DNA of 64,000 nucleotides, from the NCBI GenBank assembly GCA_963753185.1, contig CAVWBO010000007.1:1019538-1083537 (forward strand), given 5' to 3'. Below are positions 55,247 to 63,516 of the stretch, in pieces (within the stretch, counting starts at the first letter, position 1; each line of letters opens with the position of its first letter). A program made the translations under genes and the position numbers. The notes below the pieces were generated by a model. The model did no database searches and was not told the origin of the DNA. It saw only the letters and a program-made list of their open reading frames with translations. This DNA comes from an uncultured Acidimicrobiia bacterium (lineage in GTDB: Bacteria > Actinomycetota > Acidimicrobiia > Spongiisociales > UBA5794).

Positions 55247-56839
55247 ATGGATTGGTTCGAAAACGGTTGGGGCCTGAGCCTCATCGTCTTCCTGCCGGTC
55301 ATTGGCTCGGTGGTGCTACTCGCCATACCGAAAGCGAAGGAGGCGGCCATCAAATGGACCGCCCTCGCCTTCAGTGTGGTGGCCCTTGCACTGTCGGTCA
55401 TGCTGGCGGTGAATTTCGATTACTCGGCCGCAGACACGTACCAATTCGGTACAGCGATCGACACGACATGGATCGAGGCGATCAACGCCAACTACCACAT
55501 CGGTGTCGACGGCATCTCGCTGTCGCTCGTCGTCCTGGCGGCGATCATCACGACCCTGTCGATCATCTACTCGTGGAACCACTGGCCGGAACCGCACAAC
55601 CCGAAGCTCCTCCTGGTGTTCGTGCTCCTCCTCGCCACCGGTATGACGGGCACGTTCGTCGCCCTCGACCTCGTCTTGTTCTTCGTGTTCTTCGAGGTCG
55701 TACTGCTCCCGATGTACTTCATGATCGGCATCTGGGGTGATCGGGGCATCCGTGAGGTGCCGCTCTTCGGTTGGAAGCTCGAGATGCGGCTCTACGCCTC
55801 CCTGAAGTTCTTCGTATTCACGCTCGCAGGGTCGGCCTTCATGCTCCTGTCGTTCCTCGCCCTGTACTTCAAGAGCGAGGAGGCGCTCGGCTATCGCAGC
55901 TTCTCGATGGTGGAGCTTGCCGACATCGGCGCTGCCGGTGCATTCACGGGGACGTTCGCCCTCCTCGTGTTCGGCGGCATGTTCCTCGGGTTCGCCGTCA
56001 AGGTGCCCATGTGGCCCCTCCACACATGGCTCCCCGACGCGCACACGGCGGCACCGACGATCGGCTCCGTCATCCTCGCCGCGATCCTGCTGAAGCTCGG
56101 TACCTACGGGTTCATCCGGATCGCCCTACCGATCCTCCCCGACGAGGCCGTCCGGTGGGCGCCGTGGATCGGGCTGCTCGCAGTGATCGGGATCATCTAC
56201 GGGTCCCTCGCATGTCTCGCCCAGACGGACATGAAGCGCCTCATCGCCTATTCGTCCGTTGGTCACATGGGATTCGTCATGCTCGGCATCGCGACGCTCA
56301 CCGACATCGGGATCAACGCCGCGATCATCGGCATGGTCGCCCACGGCCTCATCACGGGCCTGTTGTTCTTCATCGCAGGGTCGATGTCGCACCGGTACCA
56401 CACCCGTGACATGCGCAGGCTCGGGGGGAACCTGATCCTCATGCCGAAGATGGGCGTCCTGTTGGGGCTTGCGGCGATGGCGTCGCTCGGCCTGCCAGCG
56501 CTCGCGGGATTCTGGGGCGAGTTCATGGCGCTCATGGCGTCCTTCAGCCCCCTCGAGGCCATTGGTGCGACGGGCACCTTCAGGACCTTCATGGTCGTCG
56601 GGGCCATCGGGACCGTGCTCACTGCTGGGTACATGCTGTACATGCTGCGTAGCGTGAACTTCGGTGAACCCGGCGAGGAATGGGTCGGGCACGACTTCCA
56701 CGATGTCGACATGTCCGAGTGGCTCGCATGGACACCGCTCGTGATCGGCACGATCCTGATCGGGATCTTCCCGAGGGTGATCTTCGGCGCAACCAATGAT
56801 GCCGTGATCGGCCTCGTCGAGAAGGCCTTCGGAGGCTGA
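55247..56839 (+). CDS. nuoM2: NADH-quinone oxidoreductase subunit M, second cluster
   Basis: KVPMWPLHTWLPDAHTAAPTIGSVILAAILLKLGTYG. Confidence 0.95.
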   Translation: MDWFENGWGLSLIVFLPVIGSVVLLAIPKAKEAAIKWTALAFSVVALALSVMLAVNFDYSAADTYQFGTAIDTTWIEAINANYHIGVDGISLSLVVLAAIITTLSIIYSWNHWPEPHNPKLLLVFVLLLATGMTGTFVALDLVLFFVFFEVVLLPMYFMIGIWGDRGIREVPLFGWKLEMRLYASLKFFVFTLAGSAFMLLSFLALYFKSEEALGYRSFSMVELADIGAAGAFTGTFALLVFGGMFLGFAVKVPMWPLHTWLPDAHTAAPTIGSVILAAILLKLGTYGFIRIALPILPDEAVRWAPWIGLLAVIGIIYGSLACLAQTDMKRLIAYSSVGHMGFVMLGIATLTDIGINAAIIGMVAHGLITGLLFFIAGSMSHRYHTRDMRRLGGNLILMPKMGVLLGLAAMASLGLPALAGFWGEFMALMASFSPLEAIGATGTFRTFMVVGAIGTVLTAGYMLYMLRSVNFGEPGEEWVGHDFHDVDMSEWLAWTPLVIGTILIGIFPRVIFGATNDAVIGLVEKAFGG

Positions 56840-56843
56840 TCCC

Positions 56844-58358
56844 GTGTTCACCCTCGACTACCACGCGATCCTCCCTGAGCTGATACTCGCGCTCACGGTC
56901 GTCGTGACGTTGGCAGTCGATCTCGCGACGCGCAAGAAGCACCTCGTGGCCATCGTCGGTGTCCTCGGCATGTTCGCAGCAATGGTGCCAGTGCTGACCC
57001 TCACGTTCTGCGGAAGCCTGGACTTCTGCACGGACACCGGCGTGCGCGTGCTCTTCGACGGAGGGTACGTGATCGACTCCTACGCCCTCGTGCTCAAGGG
57101 CGTCTTCATCTTCGCCGGATTCATCGTCCTCATGCTCTCCATCGGGTACCTCGAGTCGGATCGGTACTACGAGGGCGAGTACTACTTCCTCCTCGTAGCG
57201 TCCGTCCTCGGCGGCGTCGTGATGGCATCCTCGCGTGAGTTCATCGGGCTGATCGTCGCCCTCGAATTGGTGTCAGGCGCGGCGTTCCTCCTCGCCGGTT
57301 GGCGGAAGGGGGATCCCCGCTCGAACGAGGCATCCCTCAAGTTCTTCGTCATGGGCGTGCTCGCCACAGCCCTTGTGCTCTTCGGCGTATCACTGCTCTA
57401 CGGGTTGACGGGAACGCTCCAGTTCGACGAGCTCGCGATCGCATCGGGTGAGGCATCGCGCATCCCGCTCTTCAACCTCGGCGTCCTCTTCGTGCTCCTC
57501 GGCTTCGGGTTCAAGGTCTCTGCCGTGCCGTTCCACTTCTGGACACCGGACACATACGAGGGATCGCCACCTCCGGTCACGGCCTGGCTGTCCGTGGGGT
57601 CGAAGGGTGCCGGCTTCGTCGCACTGCTGTCCGTGTGCTATCTGGCCTTCCCGTCCATCACCGACGTGTGGGGACCGATCATGTGGATCGTCGCAGCCCT
57701 CTCGATGACAGTCGGCAACGTCGTGGCCATCAAGCAGACGAACATCATCCGCCTGCTCGGATACTCGTCGATCGCCCAGGCCGGGTTCATGCTCGCACCC
57801 TTCGGTGCTGCCGCGGCGTCGGGATCGGACGACCTCACCGGCCCCTTCACGGCGACCGTCGTCTACTTCGTGATCTACGCCGTGATGAACCTCGGTGCGT
57901 TCGCGGTCGTCATCATCGTGGGGAGCAGGGTCGGCTCCTATGAGCTGGCCGACTGGGGAGGCCTGTACCGGTACGCCAGCGGCCTCGCCCTTGCTCTGGC
58001 CGTGTTCTTCATGTCCCTCGCAGGTGTGCCGCCCCTCGCTGGATGGTTTGCGAAGTTCGCGATGTTCCAGGCGACGATCGGTGTCGGGAACTGGTGGGGC
58101 TACAGCATCGCGATCATCGCGGCCGTCAATGCCGTGATCGCGTTCGTCTACTACGCCCGAGTGATGAAGACGGCCTTCTTCGATCCCGTGCCAGACGGTG
58201 TCGACGTCGAGGCGCTCGAAGCCATCGAGACCCCGGGACCGATCGGGTTCGCGGTCGGTCTCACGGCATTCGGGGTCATCATCCTCGGCGTGTTCCCCGG
58301 AATCGCCGCGAACGTCGGGGACTTCTCACGCGAAGTCTTCGCCGCCCTCGGGCTCTGA
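56844..58358 (+). CDS. nuoN2: NADH-quinone oxidoreductase subunit N, second cluster
   Basis: FKVSAVPFHFWTPDTYEGSPPPVTAWLSVGSK. GTG start. Confidence 0.9.
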   Translation: MFTLDYHAILPELILALTVVVTLAVDLATRKKHLVAIVGVLGMFAAMVPVLTLTFCGSLDFCTDTGVRVLFDGGYVIDSYALVLKGVFIFAGFIVLMLSIGYLESDRYYEGEYYFLLVASVLGGVVMASSREFIGLIVALELVSGAAFLLAGWRKGDPRSNEASLKFFVMGVLATALVLFGVSLLYGLTGTLQFDELAIASGEASRIPLFNLGVLFVLLGFGFKVSAVPFHFWTPDTYEGSPPPVTAWLSVGSKGAGFVALLSVCYLAFPSITDVWGPIMWIVAALSMTVGNVVAIKQTNIIRLLGYSSIAQAGFMLAPFGAAAASGSDDLTGPFTATVVYFVIYAVMNLGAFAVVIIVGSRVGSYELADWGGLYRYASGLALALAVFFMSLAGVPPLAGWFAKFAMFQATIGVGNWWGYSIAIIAAVNAVIAFVYYARVMKTAFFDPVPDGVDVEALEAIETPGPIGFAVGLTAFGVIILGVFPGIAANVGDFSREVFAALGL

Positions 58359-58832
58359 TCCCGACAGCCTCGCCCGTATCCCCTCGATGGCAGCCGACAT
58401 GATGTCCAGCGGCTGGAGCGGGTAACGGTCGCTCGACCACACCTCTTCTCCCGAGGGGAGGTGTGTCAGGTGCTTCGCGCCCTTGATCGGGTCGTCGACC
58501 AAAGGACTTCCCGGCTCGCGGTGGGGTGCGAGGTGGACGTGGAAGTGGTCCACGCCTCCACCGAACACGTAGGCATAGACCAGCTCAGCGCCCGTTTCGT
58601 CCCTGATCGCGTTCGATGCCATCGCCATGACCGCGCCGAGGGTGCCTGCCTCATCGCCGTCGAGGTCGGTGAGGTAGGGGATGTGGCGCCGCGGGCTCAG
58701 GTACGAGTATCCGGCGAGCTCGCCGACGCGAACGGTCGTGAGTCGCCACAGGTCGTCCCCCCACACCTCCTCCACCATGAGGGCGTGATCCATCTGCGAG
58801 CCTGCGCACAAGATGCAATCGGGATCCTGCAT
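58326..58832 (-). CDS. HIT (histidine triad) family protein
   Basis: CILCAG..., GGGVDHFHVHLAP (HxHxHxx). The 3' end overlaps the nuoN2 3' end convergently by 33 nt. Confidence 0.85.
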   Translation of the reverse strand: MQDPDCILCAGSQMDHALMVEEVWGDDLWRLTTVRVGELAGYSYLSPRRHIPYLTDLDGDEAGTLGAVMAMASNAIRDETGAELVYAYVFGGGVDHFHVHLAPHREPGSPLVDDPIKGAKHLTHLPSGEEVWSSDRYPLQPLDIMSAAIEGIRARLSGSEPEGGEDFA

Positions 58833-58855
58833 GCCACGAACCTACACTTTCCTGT

Positions 58856-59905
58856 GTGAGGGACAAGATACTCGCGGCGATCGACGGGGAAGGGCCACTG
58901 CCGTTCGATCGATACATGGACACGTGCCTCTATGACCCCGACGAGGGGTTCTTCGGTGCGGGCAGGGGCGCCCCCGGGAAGGATGCGGACTTCCTGACGA
59001 GCCCTGAGACGAGTGCCCTCTTCGGGATGCTCGTCGGCCTGTGGGCGCTCGACACGCCGCATCCGCCCGGAACACCGCTGATCGAAGCGGGCGCGGGTTC
59101 CGGTTCCCTGCTCGCCGAGCTCACCGACATGTGGCTCGGCGATGGACCGCTCTACGCCATCGAACGGTCAGAACCAGCGAGGACGAACCTCAAGTCGCGG
59201 TTCCCCGCCATCGGTGTCCTCGAGTCGCTCGATGGCCTACCCCCGAGCGATGGCGCCGTGATCATCGCAAACGAGGTCCTCGACAACATGCCAGCCGGGC
59301 TTGCGATGATGACAGGCAACGGCTGGATCGAGCTCGGAGTCGACCGCGACGGTGATGGGTTGGCCCTCGTCGAGATTCCAGCACGGCCCGAGGTGGTTTC
59401 GTGGTGTACCGCTGTTCATCCGGACGTGTCGCCGGGACAGACGGTCACGTCCCAAGTCGCCGCCACGCAATGGATCGAGGAGACCCTCGGGTCCTTCTCG
59501 AGGGTCAGCATGTGCCTCATCGACTACGCCGAATCCTCGGATGTGCTCAGAGCCCGGCCGATGCACCAGCTGGTGCGCGCGTATCGCAAGCACCGCGCTT
59601 CGGACGAGTGGCTTTCGAGCCCAGGTGAGACCGACCTCACGGTGGACGTGAACATCGATGGTGTGGTCATGGCCGTGGATTCCGCAGGAGGCACGGTTGA
59701 GGTGACGAGCCAGCGCACCTTCCTCCTCGATCAGGGGGCAGAGGAGGATCTCGCCGACCTCGCACACGCGGAAGTCACGGCGGCGAGCGAGGGCAGGATC
59801 ATGGACCAGCTCATAGCGCGGTCCAAGCGAGTCGACCTCGAAGCCGTCCTCGACCCTTCCGGACTCGGTGGTTTCACGGTGTTCCTGATCGGGAAGGGAA
59901 CCTGA
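58856..59905 (+). CDS. Class I SAM-dependent methyltransferase of the NDUFAF7/MidA (DUF185) family
   Basis: PLPFDRYMDTCLYDPDEGFFG...GKDADFLTSPETSALFGMLVGLW...LIEAGAGSGSLLAEL...IIANEVLDNMPA. Confidence 0.8.
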   Translation: MRDKILAAIDGEGPLPFDRYMDTCLYDPDEGFFGAGRGAPGKDADFLTSPETSALFGMLVGLWALDTPHPPGTPLIEAGAGSGSLLAELTDMWLGDGPLYAIERSEPARTNLKSRFPAIGVLESLDGLPPSDGAVIIANEVLDNMPAGLAMMTGNGWIELGVDRDGDGLALVEIPARPEVVSWCTAVHPDVSPGQTVTSQVAATQWIEETLGSFSRVSMCLIDYAESSDVLRARPMHQLVRAYRKHRASDEWLSSPGETDLTVDVNIDGVVMAVDSAGGTVEVTSQRTFLLDQGAEEDLADLAHAEVTAASEGRIMDQLIARSKRVDLEAVLDPSGLGGFTVFLIGKGT

Positions 59906-59952
59906 AGCCACGGTCCGTGCGTCTGACGCGTACGAACCCGGAGGTATGGAAC

Positions 59953-60414
59953 GTGAGGAAGATCATGATCGCCATGGCGGTCGCGGCGGTCCTCGTCGCA
60001 GGCTGCGCATCGGACGCCACGAACGGTGACAGCACGCTGCCGCCCGCCGAGGACGACAACTCCGATGCCACTGGGACACCTGTTGATCCGGGCGACGGCA
60101 TCGGGGACGGTTCGGGGGGAGGGGACAATCCCGTCGTATCGGACGACCTGGCGCCCGAGATCGAACTGGCCATCGCCGACCTCACGGAGAGGCTCGGGGC
60201 AGGCGCCACGATCGAGGTTGTCGTCGCCCACGAGGTCACCTGGCCCGATGGCTCCCTCGGGTGCCCGGAGCCCGGCATGTCATACACCCAGGCGCTCGTG
60301 GACGGCTACCGGATCGAGCTCACCGACGGTCAGGCGACCTACGACTACCACGGTGCCGATGGTGGCGATCCGTTCCTGTGCGACAACCTGATGATCGATG
60401 CTCCCGAGGGCTGA
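59953..60414 (+). CDS. Hypothetical lipoprotein
   Basis: GTG 59953 (GGAGG 8 nt upstream). (V)RKIMIAMAVAAVLVAGCASD is a lipobox, followed by a D/G-rich linker and a small Cys-containing domain. Confidence 0.7.
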   Translation: MRKIMIAMAVAAVLVAGCASDATNGDSTLPPAEDDNSDATGTPVDPGDGIGDGSGGGDNPVVSDDLAPEIELAIADLTERLGAGATIEVVVAHEVTWPDGSLGCPEPGMSYTQALVDGYRIELTDGQATYDYHGADGGDPFLCDNLMIDAPEG

Positions 60415-60468
60415 GGCAACCCACTCCGGCCTGTCGGGATATCCGGGACCTGTCGGTACGATTTCCGT

Positions 60469-61335
60469 ATGAACAACGTCAAGACGGCTGCGCTGCTCGG
60501 GTTCCTGGGCGCGCTCTTCGTTTCGCTCGGCTTCCTGCTCGGCGGCTCCCAGGGGGCACTCTTTGCCCTGGGGTTCGCGGTGCTGTTCAACTTCGGCATG
60601 TACTTCTTCTCGGACAAGATCGCCCTCAAGGCTTCGCGGGCCCGCCCGCTCGATCCGCTCGAGCTCCCGAACGTCCACTCGATCGTCTCTTCCCTCGCCC
60701 AGCGCCAGAACATGCCGATGCCCGCGCTCTACGTCATCGATTCACCCCAACCCAACGCATTCGCCACCGGACGGAGCCCACGACATGCAGCCGTGGCGGT
60801 CACGACGGGCATCGTGGAGGTCCTCGACATCCGCGAACTGGAGGGCGTGCTCGCCCATGAGCTCTCGCACGTCAAGAACCGCGACATCCTGATCGCGACG
60901 GTCGCTGCGACCATCGCAGCCGCCCTGACCTTCCTCGCACGCATGGCGTTCTGGTCGAATCTCGGAGGTAGGCGGGGGAATGACAACCCGATCGCTGGCA
61001 TCGTCGGGCTCATCTCGATGATCGTCGCCCCACTTGCGGCAGCACTCATCCAGATGGCGATCAGCCGTGCACGCGAGTTCGAGGCGGATCGCGATGGCGC
61101 TGCGTCAACCGGGTCGCCGCTCGCCCTTGCATCGGCGCTCGACAAGATCGCCGCGGGGACCGCCCGTCACCCCATGCAAGTCAATCCAGCCGTGTCCCAG
61201 CTCTTCATCGACGATCCGCTCAAGGCGTTCGGTCCCCGCTCGCGCCAGGGCCAGTTCTCGAAGATGTTTTCGACGCATCCGCCGGTCCACGAGCGCATCG
61301 AGCGGCTCCAGCAGATGGCGAGCGGGATCTACTGA
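60469..61335 (+). CDS. htpX: Zinc metalloprotease HtpX (peptidase M48)
   Basis: N-terminal TM pair, HELSHVKNRD (HExxH), downstream EFEADRDGA, ends ...HPPVHERIERLQ. Confidence 0.9.
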   Translation: MNNVKTAALLGFLGALFVSLGFLLGGSQGALFALGFAVLFNFGMYFFSDKIALKASRARPLDPLELPNVHSIVSSLAQRQNMPMPALYVIDSPQPNAFATGRSPRHAAVAVTTGIVEVLDIRELEGVLAHELSHVKNRDILIATVAATIAAALTFLARMAFWSNLGGRRGNDNPIAGIVGLISMIVAPLAAALIQMAISRAREFEADRDGAASTGSPLALASALDKIAAGTARHPMQVNPAVSQLFIDDPLKAFGPRSRQGQFSKMFSTHPPVHERIERLQQMASGIY

Positions 61336-61336
61336 C

Positions 61337-61880
61337 CTACCCGAGGGACGTGACCTCGAACAGCTGCCATGACCCAGGCACGCCCTTGAGCTCGACCGAC
61401 CCGCACGCCTCGAACTCGATCCCCGAACCGACGACGAGGTCCTTCACGGTGCTCGACACCATGACCCCGCCCCGTGACGCCTGATCCATCACACGAGACG
61501 CGATATGCATCCCGAGGCCGCCCGCCCTCGGTATCGCCGTAGACCACAGCCCTCTCGGAATCCGCAGCGTCGAGGACGGAGACCACGTCGTCCACGTTCC
61601 CCTCCAGGGGCAGCCACATGGAACGGTCGGGGACCGGGTCGCTCACCCCCGATCCCAACATGTCGAATTGGATCACCCTGCCCATGTCGCCGAGCCTGTC
61701 GAGGAAGCGCACCGCCGTCGGCTCGTCCCACACGGCGTCGAGGTTCGTGATGGCGCCCGTGATGAACATGATGTCGCGATCTTCCCGAACCGAACGCCTG
61801 GTAGGCGAGGTACCCATGCGGTGTCGCGACATATCGGGTTTCGAGTCGCCCGAGGTGACTGTACGAGGACGGCTGCACTC
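61337..61880 (-). pseudogene. Remnant of an alpha/beta-hydrolase / class III adenylate-guanylate cyclase fusion gene (frameshift plus large internal deletion)
   Basis: The minus strand shows YVATPHGYLAYQAFGSG (frame A). Then DRDIMFITGAITNLDAVWDEPTAVRFLDRLGDMGRVIQFDMLGSGVSDPV...AVVYGDTEGG (frame B), the hydrolase N-terminus. Joined directly to it is GLGMHIASRVMDQASRGGVMVSSTVKDLVVGSGIEFEACGSVELKGVPGSWQLFEVTSLG-stop (frame C), the last ~60 aa of a cyclase domain. Confidence 0.55.
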
Positions 61881-61977
61881 GATCCACGCTAGCTGTGTCC
61901 GATCGAGGTTCGTTGCTCGGCACCTGTCGCTAATCTCCGTCTGCCCCGGGAGCCGCCGTCGACGCCCGAGGCACACT

Positions 61978-62060
61978 GCCGGGATACCCAAGCGGCCAAA
62001 GGGAGCAGACTGTAAATCTGTCGGCTATCGCCTTCGGAGGTTCGAATCCTTCTCCCGGCA
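61978..62060 (+). tRNA. tRNA-Tyr (anticodon GTA), long variable arm, no encoded CCA
   Basis: Hand fold. Acceptor GCCGGGA/TCCCGGC, D stem CCC/GGG, anticodon arm GCAGA-CTGTAAA-TCTGT, T arm GGAGG-TTCGAAT-CCTTC. Confidence 0.85.
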
Positions 62061-62103
62061 CGAACGAGGTCGATAGCCTCGCTCACAGCTGGAAGACGTG
62101 CCT

Positions 62104-62180
62104 GCCGGTTAACAGCTCAGTGGTAGAGCACCTCCATGGTAAGGAGGGGGTCCCGAGTTCGAATCTCGGAGGAGGCTCCA
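62104..62180 (+). tRNA. tRNA-Thr-like (anticodon GGT) with canonical D, anticodon and T arms and encoded CCA, but an acceptor stem I cannot pair
   Basis: GCTC-AGTGGTA-GAGC; CCTCC-ATGGTAA-GGAGG; CCGAG-TTCGAAT-CTCGG. The 3' acceptor strand AGGAGGC-T-CCA needs 5' GCCTCCT. The 5' side reads GCCGGTTAACA, with 4 nt rather than 2 before the D stem. Confidence 0.55.
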
Positions 62181-62181
62181 C

Positions 62182-62235
62182 CGTTCTTGCGTAACTGGGT
62201 TCCACGCATAGGTGGAACCCAGTTACGCAAGAACG
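62182..62235. repeat. Perfect 24-bp inverted repeat with 6-nt loop, one nt after the tRNA-Thr CCA (hairpin, possible terminator or recombination site)
   Basis: CGTTCTTGCGTAACTGGGTTCCAC-gcatag-GTGGAACCCAGTTACGCAAGAACG, verified base by base. No T-tract follows. Confidence 0.85.
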
Positions 62236-62306
62236 CAGACCGAGGCTCAGGTGACGTGGATGTGCTTCGACTAGGTTCGGTGCTCACGTCGGCATAGGAG
62301 AGGTTC

Positions 62307-63224
62307 GTGGACCGCGTCAAGCTCGGGTTTGTGTTGGAGGTCTGGGAGGATCCGACGATCGGGTACGTGCCTCGATGGTCAGGGATCCGTCGCCAGGCGA
62401 GGCTGGCCGAGCAGGCCGGCTTCGACACGGTCTGGGTCGCGGACGAGCTCCAGTGGGAGTCCGACGCACAGGATGGCCCGATGGGCTTCTGGGAATGCGT
62501 GGCCATGATCGGCGCCGTCGCTGCCTCCACGGAACGGGTCGAGGTAGGTACCTGGGTGCTGTCGGCCCTGCACAGGAATCCGGCGTTGACCGGACGCGTC
62601 GCCGAGACGCTCTCGGAGATCAGTGGGGGCCGATTCATCCTCGGATTCGGCTCGGGGCACGCGGGCAGACAGGGCGAGGCGTTTGGGTTTCCCCTCGATT
62701 ACACCGTATCGCGCTACGAGGAGGCGCTCGCGATCCTCGTTGCGTTGCGCACTGCCGGCGAGTCGACGTTCGATGGATCTTTCCACTCCGCCAAGGGCGT
62801 CATCATGACGCCGCGCCCCGAAGGGCCGCCATCGATCCCCCTCATGCTTGGGGGTCACAAACCTCGGACCATGCGTCTCGCGGTACAGCATGCCGACATT
62901 TGGAGCGCTTTCGCCACCACCAGCAGTCAGCCGGAGGCCTTCACCGACCTCATCGCTCAGGTCGATGCGATCTGTGAGGACCTCGGGCGGGATCCTGCCA
63001 CGCTGGGAAGGTCGATCGGGGTCGCCGTGACCCCACCGGGAGAGGAGCCAGTCGGCATCCTTGCGGCTGATGACCCGATTCGGGGATCGCTCGATCAGAT
63101 CGTGGACGCGCTGTCCCGGTTCGAGGAGATGGGCTGCACGCGCCTGGAGATCATCGCGGCGTGCAGTCCTGATCACGCCATCGAAGGGCTTGCACCAGTC
63201 CTGGATGCCCTTCGGCGCGGCTGA
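62307..63224 (+). CDS. Luciferase-like monooxygenase (LLM) class oxidoreductase, probably F420-dependent
   Basis: GTG start after AGGAGAGG. KLGFVLEVWED..., AEQAGFDTVWVADELQWES, RFILGFGSGH are LLM TIM-barrel motifs. Confidence 0.8.
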   Translation: MDRVKLGFVLEVWEDPTIGYVPRWSGIRRQARLAEQAGFDTVWVADELQWESDAQDGPMGFWECVAMIGAVAASTERVEVGTWVLSALHRNPALTGRVAETLSEISGGRFILGFGSGHAGRQGEAFGFPLDYTVSRYEEALAILVALRTAGESTFDGSFHSAKGVIMTPRPEGPPSIPLMLGGHKPRTMRLAVQHADIWSAFATTSSQPEAFTDLIAQVDAICEDLGRDPATLGRSIGVAVTPPGEEPVGILAADDPIRGSLDQIVDALSRFEEMGCTRLEIIAACSPDHAIEGLAPVLDALRRG

Positions 63225-63342
63225 GAACGCGAACGCTCCGATTGCGTGAGTACGAGGGCTCGCATCTATACTCGCATCCGGCTTCCAGCCCTCTGTTCCA
63301 CCTCAGTTCGTGGTGCTCGGGGTGCCGGTACGGCGGGGGAGT

Positions 63343-63365
63343 CGGATCGGCCGACGGCCGATCCG
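63343..63365. repeat. GC-rich palindrome CGGATCGGCCG-a-CGGCCGATCCG (11-bp arms) between the LLM gene and tRNA-Met
   Basis: Read directly. Flanked by CCGGTAC direct repeats (63325 and 63364). Confidence 0.7.
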
Positions 63366-63391
63366 GTACCGCGTGAGCGGTGCGCGCATAC

Positions 63392-63465
63392 GGCGGCGTA
63401 GCTCAGTCGGTAAGAGCGCTCGACTCATAATCGAGAGGTCGGCAGTTCAAGTCTGCCCGCCGCTA
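63392..63465 (+). tRNA. tRNA-Met, elongator type (anticodon CAT), no encoded CCA
   Basis: GGCGGCG-TA-GCTC-AGTCGGTAA-GAGC-G-CTCGA-CTCATAA-TCGAG-AGGTC-GGCAG-TTCAAGT-CTGCC-CGCCGCT-A. The 1:72 pair is intact and the anticodon stem has no GGG/CCC, so it is not an initiator. Confidence 0.85.
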
Positions 63466-63516
63466 CGCACGGGCACATGCCAGGCAATACACATCGGGTT
63501 CCGGGAGGACCACACC

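Noticed and set aside
22443-58358. The two nuo clusters as a recent duplication or assembly duplication
   Set aside because: Subunit sequences and lengths differ markedly (NuoA, NuoD, NuoI, NuoL), gene content differs (no EFG), and I saw no nucleotide-level repeats. They are ancient paralogues or xenologues.
62076-62103. gcctcgctcacagctgg upstream of tRNA-Thr as a decayed 5' tRNA half matching the 3' acceptor strand
   Set aside because: Only 5 of 7 acceptor positions and a loose D-arm resemblance, which cannot be distinguished from chance without alignment to other tRNA-Thr genes.
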